A stretch of DNA of 64,000 bases, taken from NCBI GenBank assembly GCA_049852185.1, contig CP187540.1; one strand, written 5' to 3'. Shown here piece by piece: positions 21,038 to 32,122 of this stretch. Source of the stretch: Methanocaldococcus sp. 28A. Lineage in GTDB: Archaea > AGJL01 > Methanococci > Methanococcales > Methanocaldococcaceae. The first letter of the stretch is position 1; the number at the start of each line of letters is the position of its first letter. Position numbers and translations under genes: made by a program. The notes under the pieces were generated by a model. The model did no database searches. It was not told the origin of the DNA and saw nothing but the letters and a program-made list of their open reading frames with translations.

Positions 21038-22156
21038 AGATTGATAAACTTTCTCATAATCCCTTGCAACTTCCTCCCATGTCCTTATTTTCTTGCTAAA
21101 CGGCCCTACCTTAACATCACTATTCACAATTTTTAATATTAACTCAGCAACTTCTTTTGGATTAGGTGGATAATTAACACCAAAACATCCTGGTTCATTT
21201 AAAAACTCTTTTAGAGCTGTTCTTTTTGTAACTATTACAGGAGTTCCTAGAGCTAAGGCTTCAGCAACGGTTATTCCATAAGCTTCAGACTCAGAGAGCA
21301 ACAAAAATACATCCGCATTTTTTATTTCATTTATAAGTTCCTCTCTAGGTAAAAAAGATTTCCACATAATTTTATCATTTATTCCAAATTTTTTTGCTAA
21401 TTTTAATAACTTTTTCTTTTCTGGACCATTTCCAATTATCGTAAGAACTACATTTTCTACTCCAAAATCATAAGATAAACTATATAAACTTTCTAATATA
21501 TACTCTACTTTTTTTCTTTTTATTAAATATCCAGAATAAAGAAGATTGATTTTATCTTGATGTTTTATAGTCTTTTTCGTATTGATTATATCCACACCAT
21601 GAGGTATTATCGATATTTTATCTAAACTAATGTCAAATATCTGCATAAGCGTTTTAGCTTCAAATTCAGATGGTGAAATTATATAATCTACTAGTTTAAA
21701 TATTTTACTTCCAATAAAAAAATTGTATATTCCCCAAAAATATCTTCCGACAAATGTACTTCTGGCTACATCTAAATGAGGAGAATATACTAATGGAGTC
21801 TTAGGAAAATGTTTCTTAATAATGTAAATCATTTCTGGTGAAAACAATGTATGGTATCCATGAACATGAACAATATCTGGATTAAACTTTTTTATACTTT
21901 TATATATTACGTCAATATTCTTGATACTAATCCCGTAGAGTATTTTTCTATATTTATATCCTCTAATTAATATAAAACCCTCTTTTTTTTCTTTAATCAT
22001 CTGTAAATTATCATCCCATGATGGATTAAAAACTATAACATCATGACCCCACTTAGAAAGCCATCTAGCTGTTTCAAAAACGACTTTGTTTATTCCTCCA
22101 GGTGCTGTAGTTTCCATATAGTTTATTAATAGAATTTTCATTATCATCTCCTCCAA
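21023..22156 (-). CDS. Glycosyltransferase family 4
   Basis: PDIVHVH and EAYGITVAEALALGTPVI motifs. Confidence 0.92.
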   Translation of the reverse strand: MEEMIMKILLINYMETTAPGGINKVVFETARWLSKWGHDVIVFNPSWDDNLQMIKEKKEGFILIRGYKYRKILYGISIKNIDVIYKSIKKFNPDIVHVHGYHTLFSPEMIYIIKKHFPKTPLVYSPHLDVARSTFVGRYFWGIYNFFIGSKIFKLVDYIISPSEFEAKTLMQIFDISLDKISIIPHGVDIINTKKTIKHQDKINLLYSGYLIKRKKVEYILESLYSLSYDFGVENVVLTIIGNGPEKKKLLKLAKKFGINDKIMWKSFLPREELINEIKNADVFLLLSESEAYGITVAEALALGTPVIVTKRTALKEFLNEPGCFGVNYPPNPKEVAELILKIVNSDVKVGPFSKKIRTWEEVARDYEKVYQSLLKH

Positions 22157-23331
22157 ACAAAAAATTTAAACACTCTCTCATACTCCTTCGCAACTTTCTC
22201 CCAGTTGTACTGCCTTCTTATCCTCATAATTTGAGTCTTCTTTATAAGCTTTAAATCAAACATCCCTCTCTCAAGCATTTTCATTTTGTTAGCTAAATCA
22301 TCAGCATCTTTAAAGTATATTCCCCCTTCCTGCAGAACCTCCTTGTTAAACGGCACACCATAAGCTAATATTGGTCTCTTAAACAGCATCTGCTCAAGTA
22401 GAGAGGGATTTGTCCCTCCAACTTCATAAGCGTGAATATAAGCAAAACAGTACTTCCTCAAAACTCCGAGAACTTCTCTGTCATATATTGGATCTAGGAA
22501 AATTATATTGTCATTATTACTTTTTAATTTAAGCAAATGTTGTGTATAGGGGTCCCTTTTGTTGAAGTTTCCAACTATAACAAGCTTATTTATAGAATCT
22601 GCTTTTTTAAATCCTTCAATTTCCAAATGAATATTGTTCTCAGCAACTATACGAGCAACTGTTAGGTAATACCTCCTCGGTTTTAATCCAAAGCTATTTA
22701 AAATTTCTATCTCGTCCTCTTTTGATAACTTCGATGGAAGAAGTTCTCTTGCACCATAAGCAATGTAAATTACTTTTTTTGGTTTATGTTTCCTTTCTAA
22801 ATGCTTTTTAATACCCAAGGAGTCAGCGACCACAATATCAGGTAACTTACAAGACAAGTATTCCATCAAATACATGTAGATCATTGTAGCTAAATAAATT
22901 GGAAATAAATAAAATGGCACAAAATAGCTTCTCTTTATCAGTCTTCTCCATTCCACACCATCTGGGTTTATCATAATTTTTTTCTTTGCAAGTTTTGCAA
23001 GAATTGCTGCTACAGAGCTATCAGGTCCAAGAAAGTAAAATAACTCTATGCTTTTTTCATGTTTTGCGAGAATATATGAAGTATTGAGAAGGTCATTAAT
23101 TGTTGGAATACTTGTACTTTTACTTTCAATTGCTGGAGAATGAACTCTGATAATTTCAGTATAGTTATCTTCATAAAATTTATTATCCTCATGCATAACA
23201 TAAAATTGAAATTTATCTTTTAATCTCATAGTGAGTTCTTCTACAAAAGTTTCAGTACCTCCATAGTTAGATGGAATTCCTCTTAATCCAATAATTGCAA
23301 TTTTAGGTTTATTTTTAGGTTTATTCAACAT
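22144..23331 (-). CDS. Glycosyltransferase family 4 (DUF1972-type)
   Basis: GLRGIPSNYGGTETF, NPDGVEW and EVGGTNPSLLE motifs. Confidence 0.9.
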   Translation of the reverse strand: MLNKPKNKPKIAIIGLRGIPSNYGGTETFVEELTMRLKDKFQFYVMHEDNKFYEDNYTEIIRVHSPAIESKSTSIPTINDLLNTSYILAKHEKSIELFYFLGPDSSVAAILAKLAKKKIMINPDGVEWRRLIKRSYFVPFYLFPIYLATMIYMYLMEYLSCKLPDIVVADSLGIKKHLERKHKPKKVIYIAYGARELLPSKLSKEDEIEILNSFGLKPRRYYLTVARIVAENNIHLEIEGFKKADSINKLVIVGNFNKRDPYTQHLLKLKSNNDNIIFLDPIYDREVLGVLRKYCFAYIHAYEVGGTNPSLLEQMLFKRPILAYGVPFNKEVLQEGGIYFKDADDLANKMKMLERGMFDLKLIKKTQIMRIRRQYNWEKVAKEYERVFKFFVWRR

Positions 23332-23339
23332 CTCACCTT

Positions 23340-24044
23340 TTAATCAAACCTCTTTTTAACGAGATACCATCCAATCATTAATCCAGTTTTTATAGCACCT
23401 AATGGATTACCCCCACCTAATTTAGGTTTATTTGGTCTTTTTCTGTAATTTATTACAATTTCACCAATATTAAAACCTTTTTTTACAATTTCAGTATAAA
23501 AGTTAGCTTCAAGGTCAAAACCATCGGCATCTATTTTAATAGACTCTAAAACATACTTTCTAAACCCCCACATTCCAGTACATAAATCACTAATTTTCAT
23601 TCCATAAAGAATTGTAGCTAATAATGTCAAACCGAAATTTCCTAATTTATTAACTTTTGACATTGCTCCATTTTCAATTTTTCCTTTTAATCTAGATCCA
23701 ATAACAACATCGTATTTTTCCAATGCTTTAACAATGTCATAGATATATTCAGGAGGATAAGTATAATCTGAATCAAGCATAACTAAATAGTCATAATTGA
23801 AATCTATTAACTCTAATGCTCTTTTTACACCTCTTGCTTTACCTATTGGCACATTATATACTATTGCCCCCTTTTTCTTAGCAATTTCAGCTGTTTTATC
23901 AGTACTATGTCCATTAGCTACAACAACTTTTACATTATACCCCTCATTCTCTAATTTCTTAAATGGTATTTCGTCAATAACCTTTCCTATAGTTTCTTCC
24001 TCATTAAGTGCAGGTAATAAAACTACAACTGTTTTATTTTTCAT
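23340..24044 (-). CDS. GT2, dolichol-phosphate glycosyltransferase-like
   Basis: LPALNEEETIGKVI, MLDSDYTYP and VIGSR motifs. Confidence 0.88.
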   Translation of the reverse strand: MKNKTVVVLLPALNEEETIGKVIDEIPFKKLENEGYNVKVVVANGHSTDKTAEIAKKKGAIVYNVPIGKARGVKRALELIDFNYDYLVMLDSDYTYPPEYIYDIVKALEKYDVVIGSRLKGKIENGAMSKVNKLGNFGLTLLATILYGMKISDLCTGMWGFRKYVLESIKIDADGFDLEANFYTEIVKKGFNIGEIVINYRKRPNKPKLGGGNPLGAIKTGLMIGWYLVKKRFD

Positions 24045-24065
24045 AGTATCACACTATTTAAATTT

Positions 24066-25055
24066 TTATATGCTTAAAATTGATTTTCTATACTCTTCAT
24101 ATCTCTTCCAAGCCTCTTTAGCTTTTTCTTTTTCACCCAAATATTCATAAGCTTCAGCAACATGTTTCCACCACATTCCATCACTTTCAGCTTCCTTTAA
24201 ACAATAATCTAAAAATTTTTCATAAGCCTCTTTAGTTAAATCTTTTTTACCTAATTTTTCAGCTATTTTACCAACATCTTCCCAAAAAACTCCTTCTTCT
24301 TTTGCTTCATTAATATAATACTCTAACGCCTTTTCCCATGCATATTTTGCTTTCTCATCATTTCCAAGATTTTCATACAACTTAGCTACATCTTCCCAAA
24401 ACCATGGCTCTTCTTTTGCATATTCTTCTAAAGCCTTTACAGCTTTATCCATATTTCCTGATTTTTTCCAAAATTCATAAGCTTCTTTTAAATAATAAAC
24501 ATCATTCTCCTTTTCATATAACTTTTCATACAACTCAGCTGCCTTATCAAACTTCTTAGCCTTTTCATAAGCCCAGGCAGCACTCTCAAGCCATCCAAGC
24601 TTAAAGTACATCTCAGCTGCTTTTATATAATTACCCTCTTTCTCATACTTTCTTGCAGCTGCCTGATACTTCCCTATCTTTTCAAGAGCCTCAGCACTTT
24701 TAAACCTATCAATTAATCCTAAATCTGGTTCACTTATATACCAAACAAAACCAATCAATCCTAATATATATAAAGCTATAATTACTCCAATAATCTCAAG
24801 CTTTTGCCAAGTTATGGATAAATAAGTAGCATACCCACTTAAAATTGCAGGTATCAAAAATAACAAACAAAATTTCCAATTTTTTACATAGGCACTTAAA
24901 ATTGCAAAAAATAACAACATTAAAGTTACTCCTCCAAATCCTAAACTTAAAATTAATCTTATAAGCATCAATAAATCAAATTTCCACACTATTATTCCAG
25001 CTACTGCCAATACAACAGCTAAAAATCCAACCATATATGCTTTTAATTTGTCCAT
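24066..25055 (-). CDS. Membrane-anchored TPR/SNAP-like repeat protein
   Basis: Four N-terminal TM helices followed by helical repeats (AAWAYEKAK, WEDVAKLYE). Confidence 0.75.
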   Translation of the reverse strand: MDKLKAYMVGFLAVVLAVAGIIVWKFDLLMLIRLILSLGFGGVTLMLLFFAILSAYVKNWKFCLLFLIPAILSGYATYLSITWQKLEIIGVIIALYILGLIGFVWYISEPDLGLIDRFKSAEALEKIGKYQAAARKYEKEGNYIKAAEMYFKLGWLESAAWAYEKAKKFDKAAELYEKLYEKENDVYYLKEAYEFWKKSGNMDKAVKALEEYAKEEPWFWEDVAKLYENLGNDEKAKYAWEKALEYYINEAKEEGVFWEDVGKIAEKLGKKDLTKEAYEKFLDYCLKEAESDGMWWKHVAEAYEYLGEKEKAKEAWKRYEEYRKSILSI

Positions 25056-25092
25056 AATATTAACCTCTCTTCTCTTTTATATATTTATATAG

Positions 25093-25928
25093 TGTGGTAT
25101 CCCGAAAATATTTCGCACCTATAAATAATAAAAAAGAAAAGATAACATAAATAATGAGGGGTGTAAAACTTGGAAAAAGGATTTAAAACGAAAGAAGAAG
25201 TTGGGAATATCTACTCGTAGAGTTCATTAGATATGGATGGTATATCGAGAGACTGGAGAAATCCCAAAGATAAAGCGTAGATGTAGGAAGCCGAAAGAAA
25301 TTACTCGGGAAGAGACTATTCTTAAAGCACTCGAGGAATATAAGGGAATAAGCCCAGTTCATTTGGGACACTTTATCGAACATAGGTATAATATACATAG
25401 GACTTTCATAGGAATAAATAATTTATTGAACATAGACACCTTAAAAGGGTCCTATGTATATATTCAACATAACCGTATATATACTATACTGAAACAATAA
25501 TATAGTAAAATACAACCCAAAAAGAAAAAAAGATGTAACTCTCCGCTTACTAAAAACGATTTAACGCTTCGAAGCCTAATGAATTTGTGGTAGAGGGATT
25601 TTAAACTTGTAGATATTGATAGAATTAGGCATAATTCATTAATATTATTTATACTAACAAAAGTCTTACCATAAGAAAAGTTGAACGGATAAATAGAGAG
25701 GTTGAATATCGACTAAATAGATTTAATAGTCTAAAAGATTTCATAGTTTGAATAAAATCACTAATGTGATTTCATAACTCTCCGCTACGCTCCGATTGGA
25801 ATAATAAAATAAAACCACATCGTTCTTTAGATTATAGGACTCCTTATGAGGTTTATTTCGAAAATACCGTTAATAATATGGAGGAGATTTCATAAATTAT
25901 AATTGCGAAATAATTTCAGGATACCACA
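25093..25928 (+). mobile_element. Decayed IS481-family element
   Basis: TGT...ACA ends with TIR tgtggtatcc.gaaa.tatttcgca. Transposase relics include HNRIYTILK and KPHRSLDYRTPYEVY, with many stops and nested inserts. Confidence 0.78.
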
Positions 25929-25972
25929 GCTATAATAAAAAGCTTAAATATATTTACAATTACTGTGAAATT

Positions 25973-26452
25973 ATGAAAGTAAGAGAACTAAAAAAAAGAG
26001 AAATTAATTTAATAAAAGAAGAACTAAGTAAATACACCAATGAAGATTTTGTTAAAAATTTTAATTATGAAAATTTGGCAATTTTGGAAGGAAAATGGCT
26101 AACTGTTTGTTATGCAAATAAACAAACAATAAGAAATTTAAATATGTTTCATGAGATATTTTCAGTAGGTAATGTTTTTGGTGAGATTAAGAGAAAATTT
26201 AGATTATCCTTAGAGGGATTTACACTAATATCCCAACATATAATAAATAATTATGCAATTGTAAATGAAAAAGGAGAAACATTGTTTTTGTATGGAAGAG
26301 ACATATTTAAAGAATCAATTATAGAGGTTAAAGGCTCTGGAAGAATAGCTATTTTTAATAAAAATAGAGAATTTTTGGGAATTGGATTCTTAGATGGAAA
26401 GATGATTAAAAATATAAAGGATAAGGGATGGTATTTAAGAAAGGGGGGATAG
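25973..26452 (+). CDS. NIP7-like PUA-domain ribosome biogenesis protein
   Basis: [15 protein letters not shown] and KDKGWYLR motifs. Confidence 0.82.
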   Translation: MKVRELKKREINLIKEELSKYTNEDFVKNFNYENLAILEGKWLTVCYANKQTIRNLNMFHEIFSVGNVFGEIKRKFRLSLEGFTLISQHIINNYAIVNEKGETLFLYGRDIFKESIIEVKGSGRIAIFNKNREFLGIGFLDGKMIKNIKDKGWYLRKGG

Positions 26453-26531
26453 ATAAGGACATTAAAAAATAGACGATTTAAATATTGTTATTATTGATTA
26501 AATCATTAATTTAAATTTAATAGGTGGAATA

Positions 26532-27329
26532 ATGAAAGCAAAAGAATTGGCTCAAAAAATTTTATTAGATATTTACAAAAACTTAGATGAGTTTTCAAAA
26601 GATGTAATTAGGGGAGATTTGGCAGATGTTGAATTTAAAGGATTCTACCTAAAAGGAAAAAACGGAGAAAAAGCTTATATTAGGAATTTGGATGATTTTG
26701 AGAATTTGGAAGATTTTGATGTAGAGATGAGAAAATATACGCTAAAAAGCATTAATTTAAAAAACTTAGATGATGGTTTGATGATAATAAATCTATCTTC
26801 AAGAGCAAGTAATGAGTATAAGTTTGAGGCAAATGAATACTCAATAATCTACCCATCAAACGATACAACCATAGAGTTTAAAGAGAGGATGTTAAAGTGG
26901 ATGGAATTAGAGGATGATGAATTAGATGAAAAAATTATAGAGTTTGATACAAAGATTAATGAAATTCTCGAAGAACTATTAGAAGAAATTGATGTTGAAG
27001 AAGAGATTTCTGTATATATTGATGTATTTATGGATGTTAATAAAATCGAAAACTTTGTAGAAAAGTATGATGAGAGAGTAATTATCTGGATTCATCCAGT
27101 ATTTTTATTCTCAAATAATGATGTATTAAGAGGACTTTTGGCTTACGAGTTATCAAGATTCAAAAATAAATTCTTAGAGATTGGATATAAAGATATAATA
27201 AAATACTGCAAGGAATTGAAAAAATTAACCAATAAAAAACCAAAAGTTCTTGAAAAAATTAAGAATATTGCAAATAAATATGGAGATACTGAATCTTTAA
27301 ATTTAATAAATGAAATTGAGAATGAATAA
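26532..27329 (+). CDS. Conserved hypothetical acidic protein
   Basis: 265-aa ORF with RBS aggtgg and host-like codon usage. Confidence 0.75.
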   Translation: MKAKELAQKILLDIYKNLDEFSKDVIRGDLADVEFKGFYLKGKNGEKAYIRNLDDFENLEDFDVEMRKYTLKSINLKNLDDGLMIINLSSRASNEYKFEANEYSIIYPSNDTTIEFKERMLKWMELEDDELDEKIIEFDTKINEILEELLEEIDVEEEISVYIDVFMDVNKIENFVEKYDERVIIWIHPVFLFSNNDVLRGLLAYELSRFKNKFLEIGYKDIIKYCKELKKLTNKKPKVLEKIKNIANKYGDTESLNLINEIENE

Positions 27330-27399
27330 ATGAGAAATTTTTATGATAGTGGAATTGGTGGTAGTTTCCTTAAATAGAACCTATAAAACAAAAGATCAT

Positions 27400-27670
27400 A
27401 AAATAAAAAGTTATCAATAATTAAAGAAATTCTAATAGCAATCGATGAAACCAAACTAATGATTGAAAATGAAATTATTTACGTTTGTTATCGATGTAGT
27501 ATCTAAAGAATGTTTATGTATTTATGTTTCTATAGAAACTATGACCAAAACTCGAAAGAGTTCAATTTAATTTAAGAAATTATGTCTAAAAATTTCTTCT
27601 CTCTACGTAAAAAAGAACTAAATCTTCCTATGACCTATTCCCTAATAATACTAAATTCTTAGTCTGTCAT
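27400..27670 (+). pseudogene. IS6-family transposase relic
   Basis: Fragments LIAIDETKLMIENEIIYV and IDVVSKECLCIYVS, typical of IS6 DDE domains. Confidence 0.6.
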
Positions 27671-27693
27671 TAGCTGTTTTGTATCTTCCTCAA

Positions 27694-28884
27694 TTAATCT
27701 TTTTTAATAATTTTTAATGTTTCAATAAGATTGTCAATATGCTCTTTTTTAATGTGTGGCATAACAACAATTCTTAAAGCTTTAACACAATTACACACTG
27801 AGACATAAATTCCTTTATCTCTAAGTTTTTTACAAACGTCTTTATAATTTTCATCTTCAATTGCAACAATATTTAATATAGGTTCAATAACTGGCTTAAA
27901 ATTATTTTCTTTTAATTTTTTGTAAAGATAGAATGTGTTTTCCATACACTCATTAACTATCTTCCTCTGCCCTTCTTTACCTAAATATTTTAAAACTGCA
28001 TAAGTGCATGCTCCTCCAAATCCTACTCTTGTCCCTAAAATTGTTGCTTGCCTGGTTTCTGTTAAATAAGGAGCATTAACATCCAAATATTTTCTATAAC
28101 TTATATTTTTAAATAAAATACCTCCACTTGGAATTGGACAGTGTCCCATTTTATGAGGGTCTATGGTTATAGAATCTACTCCCAAAGAGAAGTCAAACTT
28201 ATAATTTACTTCTCTTTTTTTGTATTTATCCTCCAAAAATGGAATTACTAATCCTCCAAATGCTGCATCTACATGGATATAAATATTATTTTCCTTAGCT
28301 ATTTTGCTTAGCTCTTCTATATTATCTATAGTTCCAAGCTCTGTTGTTCCAGCAATTCCAATAATTCCATTTATCTCATAATCTTCCACTGCATCCCTAA
28401 CAAATTTTTCATCTATAGTATAATCTTTTTTAATTGAAGCATAGATATAATCCAAATCCATCATATCTCTTCCTTTCTCAAATGAGAAGTGGGCAGTTAC
28501 TGGAACAATAATTTTAGGATGTTCATTTTTTGATAGACCTTTTCTTTTTTTCTTTCTCCATATATTTTTTATACATCTCAATGCCATTAAATTAGCCTCA
28601 GTTCCTCCACTAACTATATGCCCATAGGCATTTTTATTGTTTAACAAAGAGCCTAATAATTCTATAGCTTTTTCTTCTAACAATTTAGTTCCTTTAAATA
28701 AACCTGGGTCTCCCAAGTTTGTTTCTAAGAACATATCTACAATTTTTCTTGTTATAGGTAGTATATTTGAACACATTGAACCAAAAATCTTTCCATCTTC
28801 ATACTTTAAATCTAAATCTCTGTATTTAATTAACTCTTCCAAAATTTCTCTCTCACTAACGCCCTTTTCTTGCATAATTCTCAC
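27694..28884 (-). CDS. mfnA: L-tyrosine/L-aspartate decarboxylase
   Basis: [15 protein letters not shown] and DPHKMG motifs. Start moved to GTG 28884 (396 aa); the longer ORF extension looks spurious. Confidence 0.93.
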   Translation of the reverse strand: MRIMQEKGVSEREILEELIKYRDLDLKYEDGKIFGSMCSNILPITRKIVDMFLETNLGDPGLFKGTKLLEEKAIELLGSLLNNKNAYGHIVSGGTEANLMALRCIKNIWRKKKRKGLSKNEHPKIIVPVTAHFSFEKGRDMMDLDYIYASIKKDYTIDEKFVRDAVEDYEINGIIGIAGTTELGTIDNIEELSKIAKENNIYIHVDAAFGGLVIPFLEDKYKKREVNYKFDFSLGVDSITIDPHKMGHCPIPSGGILFKNISYRKYLDVNAPYLTETRQATILGTRVGFGGACTYAVLKYLGKEGQRKIVNECMENTFYLYKKLKENNFKPVIEPILNIVAIEDENYKDVCKKLRDKGIYVSVCNCVKALRIVVMPHIKKEHIDNLIETLKIIKKD

Positions 28885-29400
28885 GTTTATACCTCTCTGT
28901 ATTATTAGGGATAAATTATATCCCTTCTTAAAATTATTCAGAGTTTCGTATGGAATACAAAAGCCAAATTCTTTTATAAGTGCCTTCTGATACAAGGGAT
29001 AATACATTATGAAACGAAAAAATCAAATAAAACTTATTACACTGAATACTATGCTATGGAGTGATATGGACAATAAAGACGTATTTTCATAGATAAAATG
29101 CATGGTATATTCAATAGAACTCCTATATAAATTAAATGATAGTAAAGTGAAGAGACCATGATTTAATCCAAAAGCTATATTAGTTATATTCCAAAGATAT
29201 TTAAATTTTATGGATAAATGGGTTATAATATGTGTAATTTACAAAAAAGACTGATTTAGAAGGAATATTATCACATAAAAAATTAAAAAATAAAATATTG
29301 TATTATAAAAAAGTGTTGTTGAAGAGAATAAAATAAACATTATTCATTATTTATCCACATTTAAAAAATAATTTTATGTTTTTGAATATCTTTAGTTTTT

Positions 29401-29425
29401 ATGACGGTTCTCTACCCTAAAGGGC
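29401..29425 (-). mobile_element. Solo right-end relic of the IS605-like element
   Basis: atgacggttctctaccctaaagggc versus atgacggctctccgccctaaagggc at 5683. Confidence 0.65.
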
Positions 29426-29675
29426 TGTTCATCCTTACTAATAATATTATAATAATAACTATTAATTGGACAAAGGTAAATAACATTTTAATTTTAATTG
29501 TTTTTAATTGATATTTTCATATCTATCTAAAAATTATTAAATTTATGATTATTTAACAAGATTTTTCTAATTGAAAATAAAAGATGTTTAATTCAGAGTG
29601 ATATACTAAAGTTATAAATTTATGGAAATTAGTATTATCAAAATAGATTACAAAAACTATAATTTAGGTGAAAGA

Positions 29676-30536
29676 ATGAAAATCTCTGATGTTGTTGTTG
29701 AATTGTTTAGGGATGCAGTTATTTATCTGCCAAAAGATGTAAAAAATGCATTAAATGAAGCGTATAATAAAGAAAGTAGTGAAATATCAAAAAATACTTT
29801 AAAAGCAATTGTAGAAAACTATGTAATTGCTGAAGAAAAACAAGTTCCTTTATGTCAAGATACTGGTATTCCAATAATATTTTTAAAAATTGGGAAAAAC
29901 ATAAATTCATCAGAAATCATGAAAATCATTGAGGAAATAAAAGAAGGTGTAAAAAAGGCTACAAAAGAGATTCCTTTAAGACCTAATGTAGTTCATCCTT
30001 TAACAAGAGAGAATTTTAAAACAAATGTTGGATTAAATGCTCCTTTTATAAACATAGAGTTTGATGAAAACTTAGATAGAGAGATTGAGATAATTGCATT
30101 TCCAAAAGGAGCTGGTAGCGAGAATATGAGTGCTTTAGAGATGCTAAAGCCATCTGATGGTATAGAAGGAATAAAGAAATTTGTCCTTGAAACTGTAGCC
30201 AACGCTGGAGGAAAACCTTGCCCACCAATAGTTATTGGAATAGGTATTGGTGGAACTGCAGATGTGGCATTAAAATTAGCTAAAAAGGCATTACTAAGAG
30301 ATATTGGAGAAAGACATAGAGATAAAGAAATAGCTGAGCTTGAAAAAGAGTTGTTAGAGAAGATAAATAGCTTAGGAATAGGAGCTATGGGTTTAGGTGG
30401 TAATATTACAGCTTTAGATGTATTTATTGAAATTGCTGGCTGCCACACTGCTTCTTTACCGGTAGGGATTTGTATTCAATGCTGGGCTGATAGAAAAGCA
30501 TGTAAAAAAATAAAAATGGATGAAATTGAGCTATAA
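29676..30536 (+). CDS. Fumarate hydratase / tartrate dehydratase alpha subunit
   Basis: PLCQDTG, KGAGSEN, GGKPCPP and IQCWADR motifs. Start at ATG 29676 after RBS aggtga. Confidence 0.92.
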   Translation: MKISDVVVELFRDAVIYLPKDVKNALNEAYNKESSEISKNTLKAIVENYVIAEEKQVPLCQDTGIPIIFLKIGKNINSSEIMKIIEEIKEGVKKATKEIPLRPNVVHPLTRENFKTNVGLNAPFINIEFDENLDREIEIIAFPKGAGSENMSALEMLKPSDGIEGIKKFVLETVANAGGKPCPPIVIGIGIGGTADVALKLAKKALLRDIGERHRDKEIAELEKELLEKINSLGIGAMGLGGNITALDVFIEIAGCHTASLPVGICIQCWADRKACKKIKMDEIEL

Positions 30537-30595
30537 CACAAATTTCTATTTTTAATATATTCGAATATTTAAACATGATATACTAAAAAACAAAT

Positions 30596-30709
30596 TATAG
30601 TTGTGTGCAAAAGTTTTTTAAATAAAATAAGGAATTAGTGAATGCCTTCATTATGGAAGGCATTCAAATTGTCCTTATAAAAGTTTATTTTATTTTGCAC
30701 CCAACTATA
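30596..30709. mobile_element. MITE-A copy (TA-flanked, IS630/Tc1-mariner-like ends)
   Basis: TA+tagttgtgtgcaaaa...ttttgcacccaacta+TA with an internal gaatgccttc/gaaggcattc hairpin. Confidence 0.88.
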
Positions 30710-30784
30710 AATTCCATATTCTGCACTTAAAGTTTAAATATTAAATGCGTTATAATATTAATCATCAAAAAATTCTGTTAAAAG

Positions 30785-32047
30785 GTGAGATTGATGTTAA
30801 ATGAACCAGTAAAGGAAATAATGACAAAAGATGTAGTTACAGTAACACCAGATACCCCTGTTTCAAAGGCTATTGGTATAATGGAAGAGAACGGATTTCA
30901 TCATTTAATAGTTGTTGATAATAAAGATGGTAAAGAAGAATATTACTTAATAAGCATGAGAGATTTGTTGCTGGCATCATCAGTCCATGAGGAAGTAGGT
31001 TCATTAATGTATAAAGCACACTGTATACATGAAGAAACACCAGTCTTAGATGCAGTTTGCGAGATGTTAGATAGTGGGCAGAGAGCAGCTCCAATTGTTG
31101 ATGATAAAGGTAAATTAGTAGGAATTATTACTGACTATGACATAATGGCAAGAGCTGCGAAATCAAAGATAATGAAGGATACAAAAGTTACAAAGATAAT
31201 GACAAGGAATGTTATAACAATAAGAGAAGATGATTCTATTGGTAAGGCAAGAGCTTTAATGAGAGATAACAACATTGGTAGATTAGTTGTTGTAGATGAT
31301 GAAGGAAAGCCAATTGGAATGGTTACTGAAGTTGATATTATAAAGAAAATCCTTAAACCAAAGAAAAAAATGACTGTTGGTGAATTTAAAGGAGAAAAAG
31401 TTCCAAGAATGGGACAGCCAGTTAAATTAATTATGAACACTCCCCTAATTACAGTTGATGTTGATGCGAGTGCTGCAGATGCTGCAAGAGTTATGCAGGA
31501 ATATGACATTAGAGGGGTTCCAGTTGTTAAAGGTAAATCATTAAGGGGAATTGTTACAAGATTAGATATTATAAAATACATTGCTGACTTAAAGAAAGGA
31601 GCAATGATTGAAATTGAATTACATGGAATGCTTGACCCTGAATTTAAAGACCTTGCTGAGAGAATTATTGCAACAGAAGTTAAAAAGATGGTTAAACACG
31701 CTGGAAAAATCCATTGGATAAAGATAAACATCAAAAAAGATAGAGATAAGGGTGGAGTCCCATACTATACAATAACTACCTACGTTAAAACACCAAACAA
31801 ATTATATGTGGGAGAAGGTAGACCTAAAGCTTCATTACCAAACAAATTAAAGGCAGAAGGTGAAGATATAGAATACACTTCAGAACATGAAAGATGGGAA
31901 TTCATTGACATATTAAAAGAATCATTAGAATCAGTATTAAAACAGTTAGAAGCTGATTTTGAAAAACACCACCCAAAATATGCTGGTAGAGTAATTAAAG
32001 GTCAGATTCCTGAAGAATTTAACCCAGAAGAGTTTAAGATAGAGTAA
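30785..32047 (+). CDS. 4xCBS-domain protein with a C-terminal HPF/RaiA-like domain (candidate ribosome hibernation factor)
   Basis: Four CBS repeats, then IEIELHG-helix-IHWIKINIK-YYTITTYVKT-LYVGEG-helix, consistent with an HPF-type fold. Confidence 0.7.
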   Translation: MRLMLNEPVKEIMTKDVVTVTPDTPVSKAIGIMEENGFHHLIVVDNKDGKEEYYLISMRDLLLASSVHEEVGSLMYKAHCIHEETPVLDAVCEMLDSGQRAAPIVDDKGKLVGIITDYDIMARAAKSKIMKDTKVTKIMTRNVITIREDDSIGKARALMRDNNIGRLVVVDDEGKPIGMVTEVDIIKKILKPKKKMTVGEFKGEKVPRMGQPVKLIMNTPLITVDVDASAADAARVMQEYDIRGVPVVKGKSLRGIVTRLDIIKYIADLKKGAMIEIELHGMLDPEFKDLAERIIATEVKKMVKHAGKIHWIKINIKKDRDKGGVPYYTITTYVKTPNKLYVGEGRPKASLPNKLKAEGEDIEYTSEHERWEFIDILKESLESVLKQLEADFEKHHPKYAGRVIKGQIPEEFNPEEFKIE

Positions 32048-32122
32048 GCCAGTTTATTTTATTATATTATTTTAATTTTTATTTTTAATTAATTGTTTTA
32101 TTTAATTTCTGAATAGTATTAA

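Noticed and set aside
28885-29200. 5' extension of the mfnA ORF and an upstream frame interrupted by a single TGA (possible selenocysteine read-through)
   Set aside because: MfnA homology starts near 28884, the upstream translation has no recognisable motif, and no SECIS was identified. More likely decayed sequence.
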